Assembly: GCA_937892115.1 (NCBI GenBank)
Contig: CALAUI010000018.1
Location: 1,533 to 65,532 of the forward strand
From: an uncultured Clostridia bacterium
Lineage (GTDB): Bacteria; Bacillota; Clostridia; Oscillospirales; Acutalibacteraceae
Length of the DNA stretch: 64,000 nucleotides
Direction: 5' to 3'
Shown: in pieces, positions 45,309 to 55,503 of the stretch
Position numbering within the stretch: position 1 is the first letter of the stretch
Layout of the letters: each line of letters begins with the position of its first letter
Program-made: the position numbers and the translations under genes
The notes under the pieces: model-generated
Told to the model about the DNA's origin: nothing
Databases searched by the model: none
What the model saw: only the letters and a program-made list of their open reading frames with translations

Positions 45309-46145
45309 ATGGCAAAAAGCAAGCGTAAAAAGCAAAAAAAGCTCCTGCTGTTTGCGGGACTTATACTGATACTTATGTCGTTTGTCACGGAAGCTTTGAT
45401 TCTTTCACTCAGATACGAGAACCTATGGGTATGGTACAAGGACGTTCAGCAATATCTCTTCGACCTTGAGGATAAAATCCTCAGTCTGAATATGTCCTGG
45501 GGATTTTTCCTTGCAATCATGGCTCTTTATGTAGTCAAGTGCTTCTTCCCCATTTATACCACCTCCACCGTATTCTTCATCACCGGTGCCGTTTTGCCCA
45601 TCAGATTTTCCATTCCCGTAAACATTCTGGGTACGATATTGCAGTTTTCCATCAAATACGGTATGGGATATAAATTCGGCGCTCCGCTGACGTGGAAATT
45701 CATCAGTAAAAACGACCGCTTCCGCGGTATCATAGATTCCGGCGGAAAGGGAAATCCGTATACTCTGCTGGCAATGCGGCTTATACCCATTATGCCTCTC
45801 AATACGGTATCCTCCGTTTACGGCTCGTTCAGGTTTAATTTCCTTAAATATCTCGGGATTTCCCTGGTGGGATTCATGCCCAGAATCATTTCATTCACCT
45901 ATGCAGGCCGCAACATATTCGATCCCCTGTCGCTGGGCTTCCTCGTTCCGATTATGATAATCACCCTGTTATCGGGACTTACCATGCTCAGCGCCAACGG
46001 TGTATGGACTCTGATTGAGAAATTCGCACACATCTATAAATCAAAGAAAGCCATCCGTATTCAGACAAAGCAGGAGGCAAAAGCCGCCGGAGACGCAGAA
46101 GAAACGGATGAAAACGAAACAAAGGAAGCGACAGACAATGATTAA
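45309..46145 (+). CDS. TVP38/TMEM64 (SNARE-associated, DedA-related) membrane protein
   Basis: Polytopic protein with the pattern MRLIPIMPLNTVSSVYG. Start at ATG 45309 after GAAAGGAGGAA. Acidic/basic C-terminal tail. Confidence 0.62.
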   Translation: MAKSKRKKQKKLLLFAGLILILMSFVTEALILSLRYENLWVWYKDVQQYLFDLEDKILSLNMSWGFFLAIMALYVVKCFFPIYTTSTVFFITGAVLPIRFSIPVNILGTILQFSIKYGMGYKFGAPLTWKFISKNDRFRGIIDSGGKGNPYTLLAMRLIPIMPLNTVSSVYGSFRFNFLKYLGISLVGFMPRIISFTYAGRNIFDPLSLGFLVPIMIITLLSGLTMLSANGVWTLIEKFAHIYKSKKAIRIQTKQEAKAAGDAEETDENETKEATDND

Positions 46146-47421
46146 AAACAGTAAGCTCAGAGAAAATATAGCAGCAGGCAATTACGATTGCGCTTTTGCA
46201 AAGTTGTACAAAAAATCCGATATTTCCGCTCAGAAGGAAAGATATATACGCGTATCAAACGAATTTGACGATATATACGGAGAAGGTGCAGACGTTGCCG
46301 TTTTCAGCGCACCCGGCAGAACGGAAGTAGGCGGCAATCATACCGACCACAATCACGGTAAAGTGCTTGCGGCAGGCGTTGACCTTGATGCAATCGCAGT
46401 CGCTTCAAAAAACGGAGAAAACATCGTCAGAGTAAAATCCGAGGGCTACGGAATGGACGTTATCGACCTTTCCGTTCTCACTCCTCAAGATGAAGAAACA
46501 AGCCATTCCGCTTCCCTTGTGAGAGGCGTTTGCGCCGCATTCAGTGAGAGGGGCTACAATATCGGCGGATTCAATGCCGCAACTGCATCCGACGTTATCA
46601 GTGGCTCCGGTCTTTCATCATCCGCCGCATTTGAAGTGCTTGTAGGCACAATGCTCAACGAGCTTTATAATGACGGCAAGGTTAGTGCGGTAGAGATAGC
46701 GCAGATTGCTCAGTATGCGGAAAATAAATTCTTCGGTAAGCCCTGCGGACTTATGGACCAGATGGCCTGCTCAGTAGGCGGATTCGTCAAGATTGATTTC
46801 AACGATCCCTGCGCGCCCGTTATAGAAAAGGTCGGCTTTGATTTCGCATCCTGCGGTCACTCACTCTGCATTATTGACTCGGGCGCCGATCATTCGGACC
46901 TTACGGACGAGTATGCGGCAGTCAGAGGTGAAATGGAAAAAGCGGCAGAAGTATTCGGCAAAAAGGTACTTCGTGACGTTGACAGAAATGAATTTGAAGC
47001 CAACATTTCAAAGGTAAGATGTCAGGTCAACGACAGAGCCGTTCTGCGCGCAAAACATTTCTTCAACGAAAACGAAAGAGTAGACAAGCAGGCATCCGCC
47101 CTTGAAAGCGGTGATTTTGAGGCATTCAAGTCACTTATCATCGAAAGCGGATACTCATCATATATGTATAATCAGAACGTATTCACATGCAAATATCCTC
47201 TCAACCAGGCAGTTTCCGTTGCTCTTGCAATATGCAGTGACGTCCTGAAGGGCAAAGGTGCATGGAGAGTTCACGGCGGCGGCTTCGCAGGCACTATCCA
47301 GGCATTCGTTCCCAATGATATGCTTGATGAATTCAAGGAAAGAATCTGTGCCGTTTACGGTGAAAAAGCATGCTACGTTCTCAACATCCGTCCCGTCGGC
47401 GGTACTCTTGTAATTGACTGA
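46138..47421 (+). CDS. galK: galactokinase (GHMP kinase family)
   Basis: FSAPGRTEVGGNHTDHNHG galactokinase signature and GHMP motif SGSGLSSSAA. Start at ATG 46138, overlapping the upstream stop. Confidence 0.78.
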   Translation: MIKNSKLRENIAAGNYDCAFAKLYKKSDISAQKERYIRVSNEFDDIYGEGADVAVFSAPGRTEVGGNHTDHNHGKVLAAGVDLDAIAVASKNGENIVRVKSEGYGMDVIDLSVLTPQDEETSHSASLVRGVCAAFSERGYNIGGFNAATASDVISGSGLSSSAAFEVLVGTMLNELYNDGKVSAVEIAQIAQYAENKFFGKPCGLMDQMACSVGGFVKIDFNDPCAPVIEKVGFDFASCGHSLCIIDSGADHSDLTDEYAAVRGEMEKAAEVFGKKVLRDVDRNEFEANISKVRCQVNDRAVLRAKHFFNENERVDKQASALESGDFEAFKSLIIESGYSSYMYNQNVFTCKYPLNQAVSVALAICSDVLKGKGAWRVHGGGFAGTIQAFVPNDMLDEFKERICAVYGEKACYVLNIRPVGGTLVID

Positions 47422-47436
47422 TAAGAGGTTTTGATT

Positions 47437-48465
47437 ATGGAATATACCGAAGTAAAAGAGCTGCTTTATGAGCTTTGTGCTCTTAAGGGAACCTCCGGCG
47501 CGGAAAACGGTGCCGCAGAAGTTTCCGCAAAAATGCTTCAGAAATATATGCCCGTTCACAGAGACGTTCTGGGCAGCGTAATAGGTGTCAGAGAAGGTAA
47601 AAATCCCATCCTCCTTGATGCACATATCGACCAGATAGGTCTTATCGTAACCGCCGTTGACGACGACGGCTTCGTAAAAATCGCAAAGGTCGGCGGCTCC
47701 GATATCAGAGTTCTTACCGCCGCCCGTGTGATTATTCACGGAAAAGAGGACGTTTTCGGAGTAATCACCAGCGTTCCTCCTCACCTGAGAAGTTCAAAGG
47801 ACGAGGGCAATGCCCTGCCTTTTGACGAAATTACCATTGATATCGGTATGACAAAGGAAGAGGGACTTAAGCTTATCGCTCCCGGCGACAGAATCACATT
47901 CGTTGCTCCGTTTGACACTTTACTGGGCAACAGAATCGCCTCCCCCTCCGTTGATGACAGAGCAGGTGTAGCCGCTATTCTCAGATGTCTTCAGCTTCTT
48001 GAAGGCAAAGAGAATCTCTGCGGTATTGAGGTCATGTTTTCCGCTCAGGAGGAAACCGGCGGAAGCGGTGCTGCGGCAGGTGCGTTCAATGCTTCTTCAA
48101 AGGAAGCCATTGCCTGCGATGTAAGCTTCGCAAGTGCTCCCGGTGTATCTGCGGAAAAATATGCTTCTCTCGGTAAAGGTACACTCGTGGGCTTCGCTCC
48201 CGCCCTTGACTATGCAATGAGCAAAAAGCTTATGCAGATTGCAAAGGAAAAGGAAATCCCCGCTTCGGAGGAAGTAATGGGCGGCAGAACCGGCACAAAC
48301 GGTGACGATATACAGATTGCAGGCGGCGGAATCAGAACGGGTCTCCTTTCAATTCCCATCCGCAATATGCACACCTCTGTTGAGGTGGTTGACCTTGCTG
48401 ATATAGAAAGTACAGCAAAGCTTATGGCTGAATACATCATTGAGAGGAGCGAGCACCTTGCTTGA
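47437..48465 (+). CDS. M42-family metallopeptidase (YsdC/FrvX/CelM-like aminopeptidase)
   Basis: LDAHIDQIGLIV, DDRAGV and QEETGGSGA motifs. Start at ATG 47437 after AAGAGG. Confidence 0.82.
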   Translation: MEYTEVKELLYELCALKGTSGAENGAAEVSAKMLQKYMPVHRDVLGSVIGVREGKNPILLDAHIDQIGLIVTAVDDDGFVKIAKVGGSDIRVLTAARVIIHGKEDVFGVITSVPPHLRSSKDEGNALPFDEITIDIGMTKEEGLKLIAPGDRITFVAPFDTLLGNRIASPSVDDRAGVAAILRCLQLLEGKENLCGIEVMFSAQEETGGSGAAAGAFNASSKEAIACDVSFASAPGVSAEKYASLGKGTLVGFAPALDYAMSKKLMQIAKEKEIPASEEVMGGRTGTNGDDIQIAGGGIRTGLLSIPIRNMHTSVEVVDLADIESTAKLMAEYIIERSEHLA

Positions 48466-49477
48466 CACGTTAAAGGAATTATGCAATCTCCCGGGTATTT
48501 CAGGCCGTGAAGATTCAGTCAGAAATTATATAATATCAAAGATAGAGGGCTTCTGCGAATACAGCATTGACCCTCTGGGAAATCTGATATGCTTCAAAAA
48601 AGGCAGACAGACCGCAAAAAACAAGGTAATGCTTGACGCTCACATGGACGAAGTGGGCCTCATCGTTACGGGTATAGATAACGACGGATTTATTAAATTC
48701 GCCAAGGTAGGCGGCGTTGACGAAAGAGTAATCATCGGCAGAAACGTGCGTATCGGCGAAAACAATATACCCGGCGTACTGGGTATCAAGCCCATTCATC
48801 TGATTGAAAAAGATGATGAAGACAAAATACCCAAATCCGATGAAATGTATATTGATATCGGTGCCTGCAATAAGGACGAAGCAATGAAGCTCGTTTCCTT
48901 AGGCGAGGAAATACACTTTGAAAGTGATTTCAGACAGTTCGGAAGCGGATTCATTGAATCAAAAGCCATTGATGACAGAGCCGGATGTGCAATGCTCATT
49001 GACATTATCCGCTCCGATATGGAATACGACTGCTGGTTCAGCTTCAGCGTGCAGGAGGAAATCGGTACAAGAGGTGCGACCGCAAGCGCATTTACCATAG
49101 CTCCCGACTACGCCATAGTCACCGAAACCACCACCGCAGCTGACATCAACGGTGCAAAGGGTGAGGCAAGAGTCTGCGTATGCGGTGAAGGCGGTACCGT
49201 TTCATTTATGGACAGAGCCACCGTATATAATCACGATTTATATCTCAAAGCACTTGAAATTGCAAAGAAAAACAACATAAAGGTACAGACGAAGACAAGA
49301 GTTGCGGGCGGCAACGACGCAGGGGCTATTCATAAGAGCCGCGGCGGCGTAAAGACGGTAACCGTTTCCGTTCCCTGCAGATATCTTCATTCTCCCTGCT
49401 GTGTTTGTAAATATGAGGATATAGTCAGTTCAAGAGACCTCGTCAAAGCTCTGGCTGAGGAATTTGCAGGATGCTGA
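48458..49477 (+). CDS. M42-family metallopeptidase, second paralogue
   Basis: LDAHMDEVGLIV, DDRAGC and QEEIGTRGA motifs. Start uncertain (TTG 48458, 9 nt after GAGGAG, or TTG 48440). Confidence 0.8.
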   Translation: MLDTLKELCNLPGISGREDSVRNYIISKIEGFCEYSIDPLGNLICFKKGRQTAKNKVMLDAHMDEVGLIVTGIDNDGFIKFAKVGGVDERVIIGRNVRIGENNIPGVLGIKPIHLIEKDDEDKIPKSDEMYIDIGACNKDEAMKLVSLGEEIHFESDFRQFGSGFIESKAIDDRAGCAMLIDIIRSDMEYDCWFSFSVQEEIGTRGATASAFTIAPDYAIVTETTTAADINGAKGEARVCVCGEGGTVSFMDRATVYNHDLYLKALEIAKKNNIKVQTKTRVAGGNDAGAIHKSRGGVKTVTVSVPCRYLHSPCCVCKYEDIVSSRDLVKALAEEFAGC

Positions 49478-50211
49478 AACTGATTGACGGTATATCTTCT
49501 CTTGACTTTTTGCCTGCCGATCCGTTTTCGGCGGTAATAACGGCTATGGCATCCACGTACGGTACGGACTACGGATTTGCAAGATTCTACGTTCAGGATA
49601 ACAGAGCCGCATTGAGCATCGTTGACGGCAACGTTAATATCTTTGCCTCAGCGGATGCGGATATTGACGAAATAAGAGAGTTTCTGAACGTGGTGGGTTA
49701 TTCATCCGTCAGAGGCGAAAAAGGGGTTATTGACCGTCTGGGGCTTGATATTGCCGATTCATCATACATTGTTGAGTATGCCGGCAAAAACGTGCCCGCT
49801 CCGGCCGGATTTACGGACAGCAGAGAGCCCCGTGAAATATATTCCCTGCTGACTCTCTCCGGCTTTGATATGGGAGATTTCAACGCGTTTTCTCAGGACG
49901 TATGTATCCGTCTGAATAAAGGTACGGCTTCCTTCGGAGGTATTGCGGAGGATGAGCTGTGCTGCTGCTGTTTCAGACTTTTTGAAGGCAGCAAAAGTAT
50001 TTTACTGGGAGCGGTCGCAACCCATCCCGATTTTCGCGGCAGAGGGCTTGCCTCCTCTCTCGTTCCCTATATGGCAGATAGCAAAAAGCCGTCGTTCCTC
50101 TTCACAAGGAATGACGCCCTGCTTGATTTTTATATAAATTGCGGCTTTGAAGAAAAGGGCAGATGGGCTCTGTCACTCAGCCGTGATACTCTCACGGAGG
50201 ACTCGGAATGA
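49471..50211 (+). CDS. GNAT-family N-acetyltransferase (C-terminal domain)
   Basis: AcCoA-binding pattern VATHPDFRGRGLASSLV. RBS is GAGGAA. Confidence 0.65.
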   Translation: MLKLIDGISSLDFLPADPFSAVITAMASTYGTDYGFARFYVQDNRAALSIVDGNVNIFASADADIDEIREFLNVVGYSSVRGEKGVIDRLGLDIADSSYIVEYAGKNVPAPAGFTDSREPREIYSLLTLSGFDMGDFNAFSQDVCIRLNKGTASFGGIAEDELCCCCFRLFEGSKSILLGAVATHPDFRGRGLASSLVPYMADSKKPSFLFTRNDALLDFYINCGFEEKGRWALSLSRDTLTEDSE

Positions 50212-50897
50212 TACCCATTATTATATTATCCGTCGCATCGTTTGTCTTTGCAGGTGCCTGCATCATATTGAGAAGCAAAAACAAGTCCTTCGGCGGTATG
50301 GTGTGCAAATTTATGGCATCCTTCGGCTTTATAGGAGTTGCCGTAATCGGAAACTATGTTAACGGCGGTGCGGATTTAGGTTATTTCAGTCTGATATGCT
50401 TTGCACTGATGTTCGGCTTCTGCGGCGATATATTCCTGGGCATCAAGGAAATCGCTCCCATATTCAAAAAGAAGCTCGTCATCCTCGGTACGGCATTTTT
50501 CCTTATCGGTCACATCGTTTATCTTATCGGCTTTTTCAAAATCGGCGCAAGCGCGATATCCACCGTATTCCTTCCTCTCGGTGTGGGAGTCGCTCTGATA
50601 ATGATAGCGGTGCTGAAAATCAATGCGGACAAAAAATTCAAGGCAGTCCTTACCGTTTACTATGCTCTGCTGATTTTTAAGCTCGGCGCGTCCGCTTCCC
50701 TGCTGATAAAGGATTTCTCAATTACGGGTATTCTTCTGGTTGCGGCTTCCGTACTGTTCATAATCAGCGATACGTGTCTCGGAATAATTTATTTTACTCC
50801 CGTAAAAAAGAAAAACGGGCTGGTAATGACGGAGCTTTCAACCTATTATCCCGCTCAGCTTTTATTCGCTCTCAGCGTAGTTTTCATAGGCAAATAA
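50208..50897 (+). CDS. YhhN-family (lysoplasmalogenase-like) membrane protein
   Basis: 229 aa with about 8 hydrophobic helices, including GDIFLG- and ISDTCLG-type motifs. RBS is GGAGGA. Confidence 0.55.
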   Translation: MIPIIILSVASFVFAGACIILRSKNKSFGGMVCKFMASFGFIGVAVIGNYVNGGADLGYFSLICFALMFGFCGDIFLGIKEIAPIFKKKLVILGTAFFLIGHIVYLIGFFKIGASAISTVFLPLGVGVALIMIAVLKINADKKFKAVLTVYYALLIFKLGASASLLIKDFSITGILLVAASVLFIISDTCLGIIYFTPVKKKNGLVMTELSTYYPAQLLFALSVVFIGK

Positions 50898-50911
50898 TTA
50901 AATAAAATATA

Positions 50912-50957
50912 AAGAAGAATCTCAGGACGGCATATCCCGAAATTCTTCTTTTTTTAT
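50912..50957. terminator. bidirectional intrinsic terminator
   Basis: AAGAAGAAT..(inner TC.GGA/TCC.GA)..ATTCTTCTT followed by TTTTTATT. Confidence 0.6.
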
Positions 50958-51922
50958 TCTTTCTGACTTTTTATGATGCTTTCGGCGAGTGCTTTCAGCA
51001 TATCAAGAGATTCAAGTGCGCCTATATCACGGCGGAACTGTGCCGCGCCCCTCATACCCTTGGTGTACCAGCCGGCGTGCTTTCTTGCTTCGCGGATACC
51101 CACGTAATCGCCTTTATATTCGCAAAGGCGGGTAATATGGCGGAGCATAACGTCCATTTTCTCTTCAACGGTGGGGTTGGTTTTCACCTCACCCAAAGTG
51201 AAATATTCGTTTATCTGTCTGAAAAGCCAGGGACAGCCCAATGCGCCTCTGCCTATCATAATAAAATCACAGCCGGTATATTCGTACATGTGCTTTGCAC
51301 TTTCAATATCATCAATATCCCCGTTGCCGATTACGGGAATCGTAAGCGCATCGGCTACCGCTTTAATCATATCATAATTCACCGGAGGTGCATACATCTG
51401 CTTCCTCGTTCTGCCGTGAACCGTCAAAGCAGAAGCTCCCGCCTGCTGAAGCATTATTGCCATTTCAACCGCATTCAGATGCTCGTCATCCCAGCCGGTT
51501 CTGATTTTACAGGTAACAGGAACTCTGACCGCATTCACCACCGCGTTTGTGATTTGAGCAGCCAGCTCCGGGGATTTCATCAGCGCACTGCCTCCGCCGT
51601 GACCTGCCACCTTCGGTGCGGGACAGCCCATATTGATATCAACCGCAATACACCCGCTCTGTTCGGCTTTTTTTGCCGCTTCAGCCATTGTTTCCGGCTC
51701 ACAGCCGAAAATCTGAACTGCCGCATTATTTTCTTTTTCACCCAACGTCATAAGCATTCCCGATTTGCGGTCATGCATGGTAAGTCCTTTTGAACTGACC
51801 ATTTCGCTGACAACGTAGGATGCACCGTATTCAAGACATATCTCACGAAACGCCCTGTCCGTCACTCCGGCCATTGGCGCAAGTGCGGCATATCCCGATA
51901 AAACCGTTTCACCTATTTGCAT
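50954..51922 (-). CDS. dusB: tRNA-dihydrouridine synthase B
   Basis: LAPMAGVTDRAFR, DINMGCP and TVHGRTR motifs. Confidence 0.9.
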   Translation of the reverse strand: MQIGETVLSGYAALAPMAGVTDRAFREICLEYGASYVVSEMVSSKGLTMHDRKSGMLMTLGEKENNAAVQIFGCEPETMAEAAKKAEQSGCIAVDINMGCPAPKVAGHGGGSALMKSPELAAQITNAVVNAVRVPVTCKIRTGWDDEHLNAVEMAIMLQQAGASALTVHGRTRKQMYAPPVNYDMIKAVADALTIPVIGNGDIDDIESAKHMYEYTGCDFIMIGRGALGCPWLFRQINEYFTLGEVKTNPTVEEKMDVMLRHITRLCEYKGDYVGIREARKHAGWYTKGMRGAAQFRRDIGALESLDMLKALAESIIKSQKE

Positions 51923-51931
51923 ACTGTATCC

Positions 51932-52807
51932 TTATTTGCAGATTATTTCGTCAATTCTGTCGGCGTAAAAATCGGAGGGCTTTGTCATTACGACGTAGCA
52001 ATCCTTACCGTTTTCATCGGGGACAAAGTGATTTTTACCCGTTTCGACTTCAACAGAGCCCTTACCGAAGACTTCCTTATAGCCCTCACCTTCAACGTCG
52101 CCGGAAACGGCAAGAAGAGTTACCATGGGATCCCATGAGGACCTGCCTTTGCCGTGACCGATTGCATCAAATGCTTTGAACGTAAGAGAATCTCTGTCAA
52201 GATTTCTTCCGCTGATTACATCATTTCCGTTTTCCCAGCCCGACATTACCAGTGGAACGGGGCAGTTTTCAAGAATATCGGCTGATGCGATACGGGAGCG
52301 GGCGTTATTGCAGAAATTATGCTCGCAGCAGCCGTCCTCATCCCATTTGCCGCCCATAATCCAGATCTTGCCGACCTTATTCTTTACAAGCTCAAAGCCG
52401 TCAAGAGGCGAATACGCATCGCCCTTGCTTTTAAGAAGTCCGTCAATGACGTTAAGAAATCCGACGGCAATAATATCAACCTTCTGCTCTGATTCGGACA
52501 GCAGACGGCGGTAACATTCAACACCGTCAAGATAATCCTTTCTGTCTGAATAAGCGGCAAGTATCTTCTGATATTTCGGCGTTCCCGCAAAATCATCTGC
52601 CTTCTCATCAATTCCGATGGGAAGATTTTTTATGCCGTTTTCATTGAGAAAGGCATCCACGGATCTGACGGAATATTCCGTATACGCGTTGATAACGACA
52701 CCGTAAAGCTCAATCTCACCATTATTATGCTTGCTGCAAAGAATCTTAAGAGCGGCACAGTCATCGCAATCTGTCCACCAATCCGTATCAAATATAAATC
52801 TTTTCAT
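51932..52807 (-). CDS. nucleoside-hydrolase-like protein (atypical Asp cluster)
   Basis: The N-terminal FDTDWWTDCDDCAAL resembles the DxDxxxDD motif of IU-nucleoside hydrolases but carries an extra residue. The rest is only weakly recognisable. Confidence 0.4.
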   Translation of the reverse strand: MKRFIFDTDWWTDCDDCAALKILCSKHNNGEIELYGVVINAYTEYSVRSVDAFLNENGIKNLPIGIDEKADDFAGTPKYQKILAAYSDRKDYLDGVECYRRLLSESEQKVDIIAVGFLNVIDGLLKSKGDAYSPLDGFELVKNKVGKIWIMGGKWDEDGCCEHNFCNNARSRIASADILENCPVPLVMSGWENGNDVISGRNLDRDSLTFKAFDAIGHGKGRSSWDPMVTLLAVSGDVEGEGYKEVFGKGSVEVETGKNHFVPDENGKDCYVVMTKPSDFYADRIDEIICK

Positions 52808-53451
52808 ACTAACTCCTTAAAATCAAGCTCCTCAAAGCTCATATAAAAGCTGTCGCAAATTTCTTTCATTTCGCCCGTTTTCTTTTCAAAATCATCGTAA
52901 AGTCCGATTACTCTGAAGCCGTCTTTTTTTGCGGTGACAGCACAGTGCAGGGCATCCTCAAAGACAACCGTATCCGATTTATCCGTCCCGAGGAAATTGA
53001 GAGCTTCTTCATAAATGACCGGCTCATCCTTACCGTGCCCCACCTCGGTGCAGGTAAAAATTTTACCGAAACAGTCAAGTATGCCGATTCGCTTTAATGC
53101 CGCACTTACGAGGGGCTCGTCCGTAGCGGTCGCCACCGTCATTTTTACTCCCATATCAGAGAGCTTCCTTACAAATTCCGCCGCTCCAGGTTTCGGCTGA
53201 ACGCGAAAGGCATATTCATCGTAAACCATATCGTTTATGCCCTCTGCAATCTGCTTTACCGTAAGCGGAAGATTATATTCGTTTTTCAGATATTCACATC
53301 CCTGAGCAAGACTCATCCTGATTACGGTTTCATTCAGTCCCGGCTTCGCCGCGACACCGAGAGAGTCAAGGTATCTCGTACCGTAAACCTCCCACACGCC
53401 CATAGAATCAAGTAGAGTACCGTCAAGGTCAAAGATTGCTCCGTTTATCAT
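52804..53451 (-). CDS. HAD-IA family hydrolase
   Basis: AIFDLDGTLLDS motif I and a later VFEDALHC (motif IV-like). Confidence 0.82.
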   Translation of the reverse strand: MINGAIFDLDGTLLDSMGVWEVYGTRYLDSLGVAAKPGLNETVIRMSLAQGCEYLKNEYNLPLTVKQIAEGINDMVYDEYAFRVQPKPGAAEFVRKLSDMGVKMTVATATDEPLVSAALKRIGILDCFGKIFTCTEVGHGKDEPVIYEEALNFLGTDKSDTVVFEDALHCAVTAKKDGFRVIGLYDDFEKKTGEMKEICDSFYMSFEELDFKELV

Positions 53452-54072
53452 TTATTCACCCGGCATTTTTGAAAGAATTACCATAAGAACACCGTCACCG
53501 ACGCTGATTTCAGCCGTGCCGTTCCATTCGTTGCTGACACCGAGGGGCTCGGTGTTATTCATAATAACGTTATCAAGCTCGTACTTAACGCCCTTTTCAC
53601 AGACGTTTTTGCTTATATCCGTAACGGAAAGTACAGAGATTGAATAGCCGGGCATTTCGGGAATTTTTACCGAATTGTTGCTGATGAAATAAATCAGGTC
53701 TCTTTCGTCAATTACGGTAACCTTCACATTATTCTTCGCGGCAAAGGTACAGGCGTTGATATTACCCATAAGGTGATCAAATCTGCCGCCGTTTGCACAG
53801 TAAAGATATATCTCGTCAAAGCCCTCTTTGACGGCGTAACGGAAGGCAACCATGGTATCGGTGTCGTTCTTTTCCACAGGCAAGATGATTTTACCTATAT
53901 CATCGGGGAGATGACCCGTATAGGAATCAAAGTCACCTATTATCAGGTCAGGCTTCACCGCGGCATAAAGAGCATATTCATAGCCCTTGTCGCAGGCGAT
54001 GATAAAATCGCACTCACCGATTTTATCAAGGGGCGAAAAGTTACCGCCGGAAATAATACCGCAGATTTTCAT
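53452..54072 (-). CDS. thiN: thiamine diphosphokinase
   Basis: IIACDKG and IGDFDS motifs, with the TPK C-terminal beta domain. 206 aa. Confidence 0.8.
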   Translation of the reverse strand: MKICGIISGGNFSPLDKIGECDFIIACDKGYEYALYAAVKPDLIIGDFDSYTGHLPDDIGKIILPVEKNDTDTMVAFRYAVKEGFDEIYLYCANGGRFDHLMGNINACTFAAKNNVKVTVIDERDLIYFISNNSVKIPEMPGYSISVLSVTDISKNVCEKGVKYELDNVIMNNTEPLGVSNEWNGTAEISVGDGVLMVILSKMPGE

Positions 54073-54130
54073 AATATCACCTTCCTTTTTATTTTCTCGC
54101 TTTTATTATACAACCTTTTGAATTTCTTGG

Positions 54131-54173
54131 CAACAGAAAAAAGAAAAGGCAGCAACACCGGAGTGTTACTGCC
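54131..54173 (-). terminator. intrinsic terminator after tuf
   Basis: Minus strand GGCAGTAACAC-tccg-GTGTTGCTGCC followed by TTTTCTTTTTTC. Confidence 0.85.
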
Positions 54174-54192
54174 TTGGGATTACAAAATCAAA

Positions 54193-55392
54193 TTATTCGT
54201 TGATTTCGATAACAACGCCTGAACCAACGGTTCTGCCGCCTTCACGGATAGCAAAACGAAGACCGTTTTCAATAGCGATGGGAGTGATAAGCTCAACCTT
54301 CATGTCAACGTTATCACCGGGCATGCACATTTCTGTGCCTTCGGGAAGAGTGATTACGCCTGTAACGTCGGTAGTTCTGAAATAGAACTGAGGACGATAG
54401 TTGTTGAAGAAGGGAGTATGACGGCCGCCTTCATCCTTAGTAAGAACGTAAACCTGGCCTACGAACTTTGTATGAGGATTGATTGAACCGGGCTTGCAGA
54501 GTACCTGACCACGTTCGATTTCTGTTCTCTGAACACCACGAAGGAGAGCGCCGATGTTGTCGCCTGCTTCAGCGTAGTCAAGGATCTTTCTGAACATTTC
54601 GATACCGGTAACAACGGTCTTTCTTCTTTCTTCTGTGAGACCGATGATTTCAACTTCTTCAGAAGTTCTGAGCTGACCTCTTTCAACTCTACCTGTAGCA
54701 ACTGTACCACGGCCTGTGATGGTGAATACGTCCTCTACGGGCATAAGGAAGGGCATGTCTGCCTTACGGTCGGGAGTGGGGATATAGCTGTCAACAGCAT
54801 CCATGAGTTCCCAGATGCAAGCGATTTCGGGAGCTGCAACGTCGCCGCCGGCATATTCGAGTGCCTTAAGAGCTGAACCCTTGATGATGGGGCCTTCTTC
54901 GTCGAAGCCGTACTCAGCAAGTGTTTCTCTGATTTCCATTTCAACGAGCTCGAGAAGTTCGGGGTCGTCAACCTGGTCAACCTTGTTCATGAAAACAACG
55001 ATCTTGGGAACGCCTACCTGACGAGCAAGGAGAAGGTGTTCTTTTGTCTGAGCCATAGGACCGTCGGTGGAAGCGATAACAAGGATAGCACCGTCCATCT
55101 GAGCAGCACCTGTGATCATGTTCTTGATATAGTCAGCGTGGCCCGGGCAGTCAACGTGAGCATAGTGACGAGCATCTGTCTCGTACTCAACGTGAGCTGT
55201 ATTGATTGTGATACCACGTTCTCTTTCTTCGGGAGCCTTATCGATGTTAGCGTAGTCAACGAAAGCTGCGCCGCCCTTCATAGCGAGGGTCTTTGTGATA
55301 GCTGCTGTAAGAGTAGTCTTACCATGGTCAACGTGACCGATTGTACCGATGTTTACATGGGGCTTAGAACGGTTAAATTTTTCTTTTGCCAT
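54193..55392 (-). CDS. tuf: elongation factor Tu
   Basis: [27 protein letters not shown]. Start at ATG 55392 after AAGGAGGAAAC (the track's extension is spurious). Confidence 0.98.
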   Translation of the reverse strand: MAKEKFNRSKPHVNIGTIGHVDHGKTTLTAAITKTLAMKGGAAFVDYANIDKAPEERERGITINTAHVEYETDARHYAHVDCPGHADYIKNMITGAAQMDGAILVIASTDGPMAQTKEHLLLARQVGVPKIVVFMNKVDQVDDPELLELVEMEIRETLAEYGFDEEGPIIKGSALKALEYAGGDVAAPEIACIWELMDAVDSYIPTPDRKADMPFLMPVEDVFTITGRGTVATGRVERGQLRTSEEVEIIGLTEERRKTVVTGIEMFRKILDYAEAGDNIGALLRGVQRTEIERGQVLCKPGSINPHTKFVGQVYVLTKDEGGRHTPFFNNYRPQFYFRTTDVTGVITLPEGTEMCMPGDNVDMKVELITPIAIENGLRFAIREGGRTVGSGVVIEINE

Positions 55393-55445
55393 TTTAAGTT
55401 TCCTCCTTATTTTGAAAACATTTAGTGATGCACAAGCATAAGTTG

Positions 55446-55474
55446 ATTTTATCAGCAAATACTTGCAATTTCAA
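55446..55474 (-). promoter_or_regulatory. internal sigma-A-like promoter upstream of tuf
   Basis: Minus strand TTGAAA-17 nt-TAAAAT in the fusA-tuf spacer. Confidence 0.45.
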
Positions 55475-55503
55475 GTTTTTTTTGAAGATTTTTGCGAATT
55501 ATC

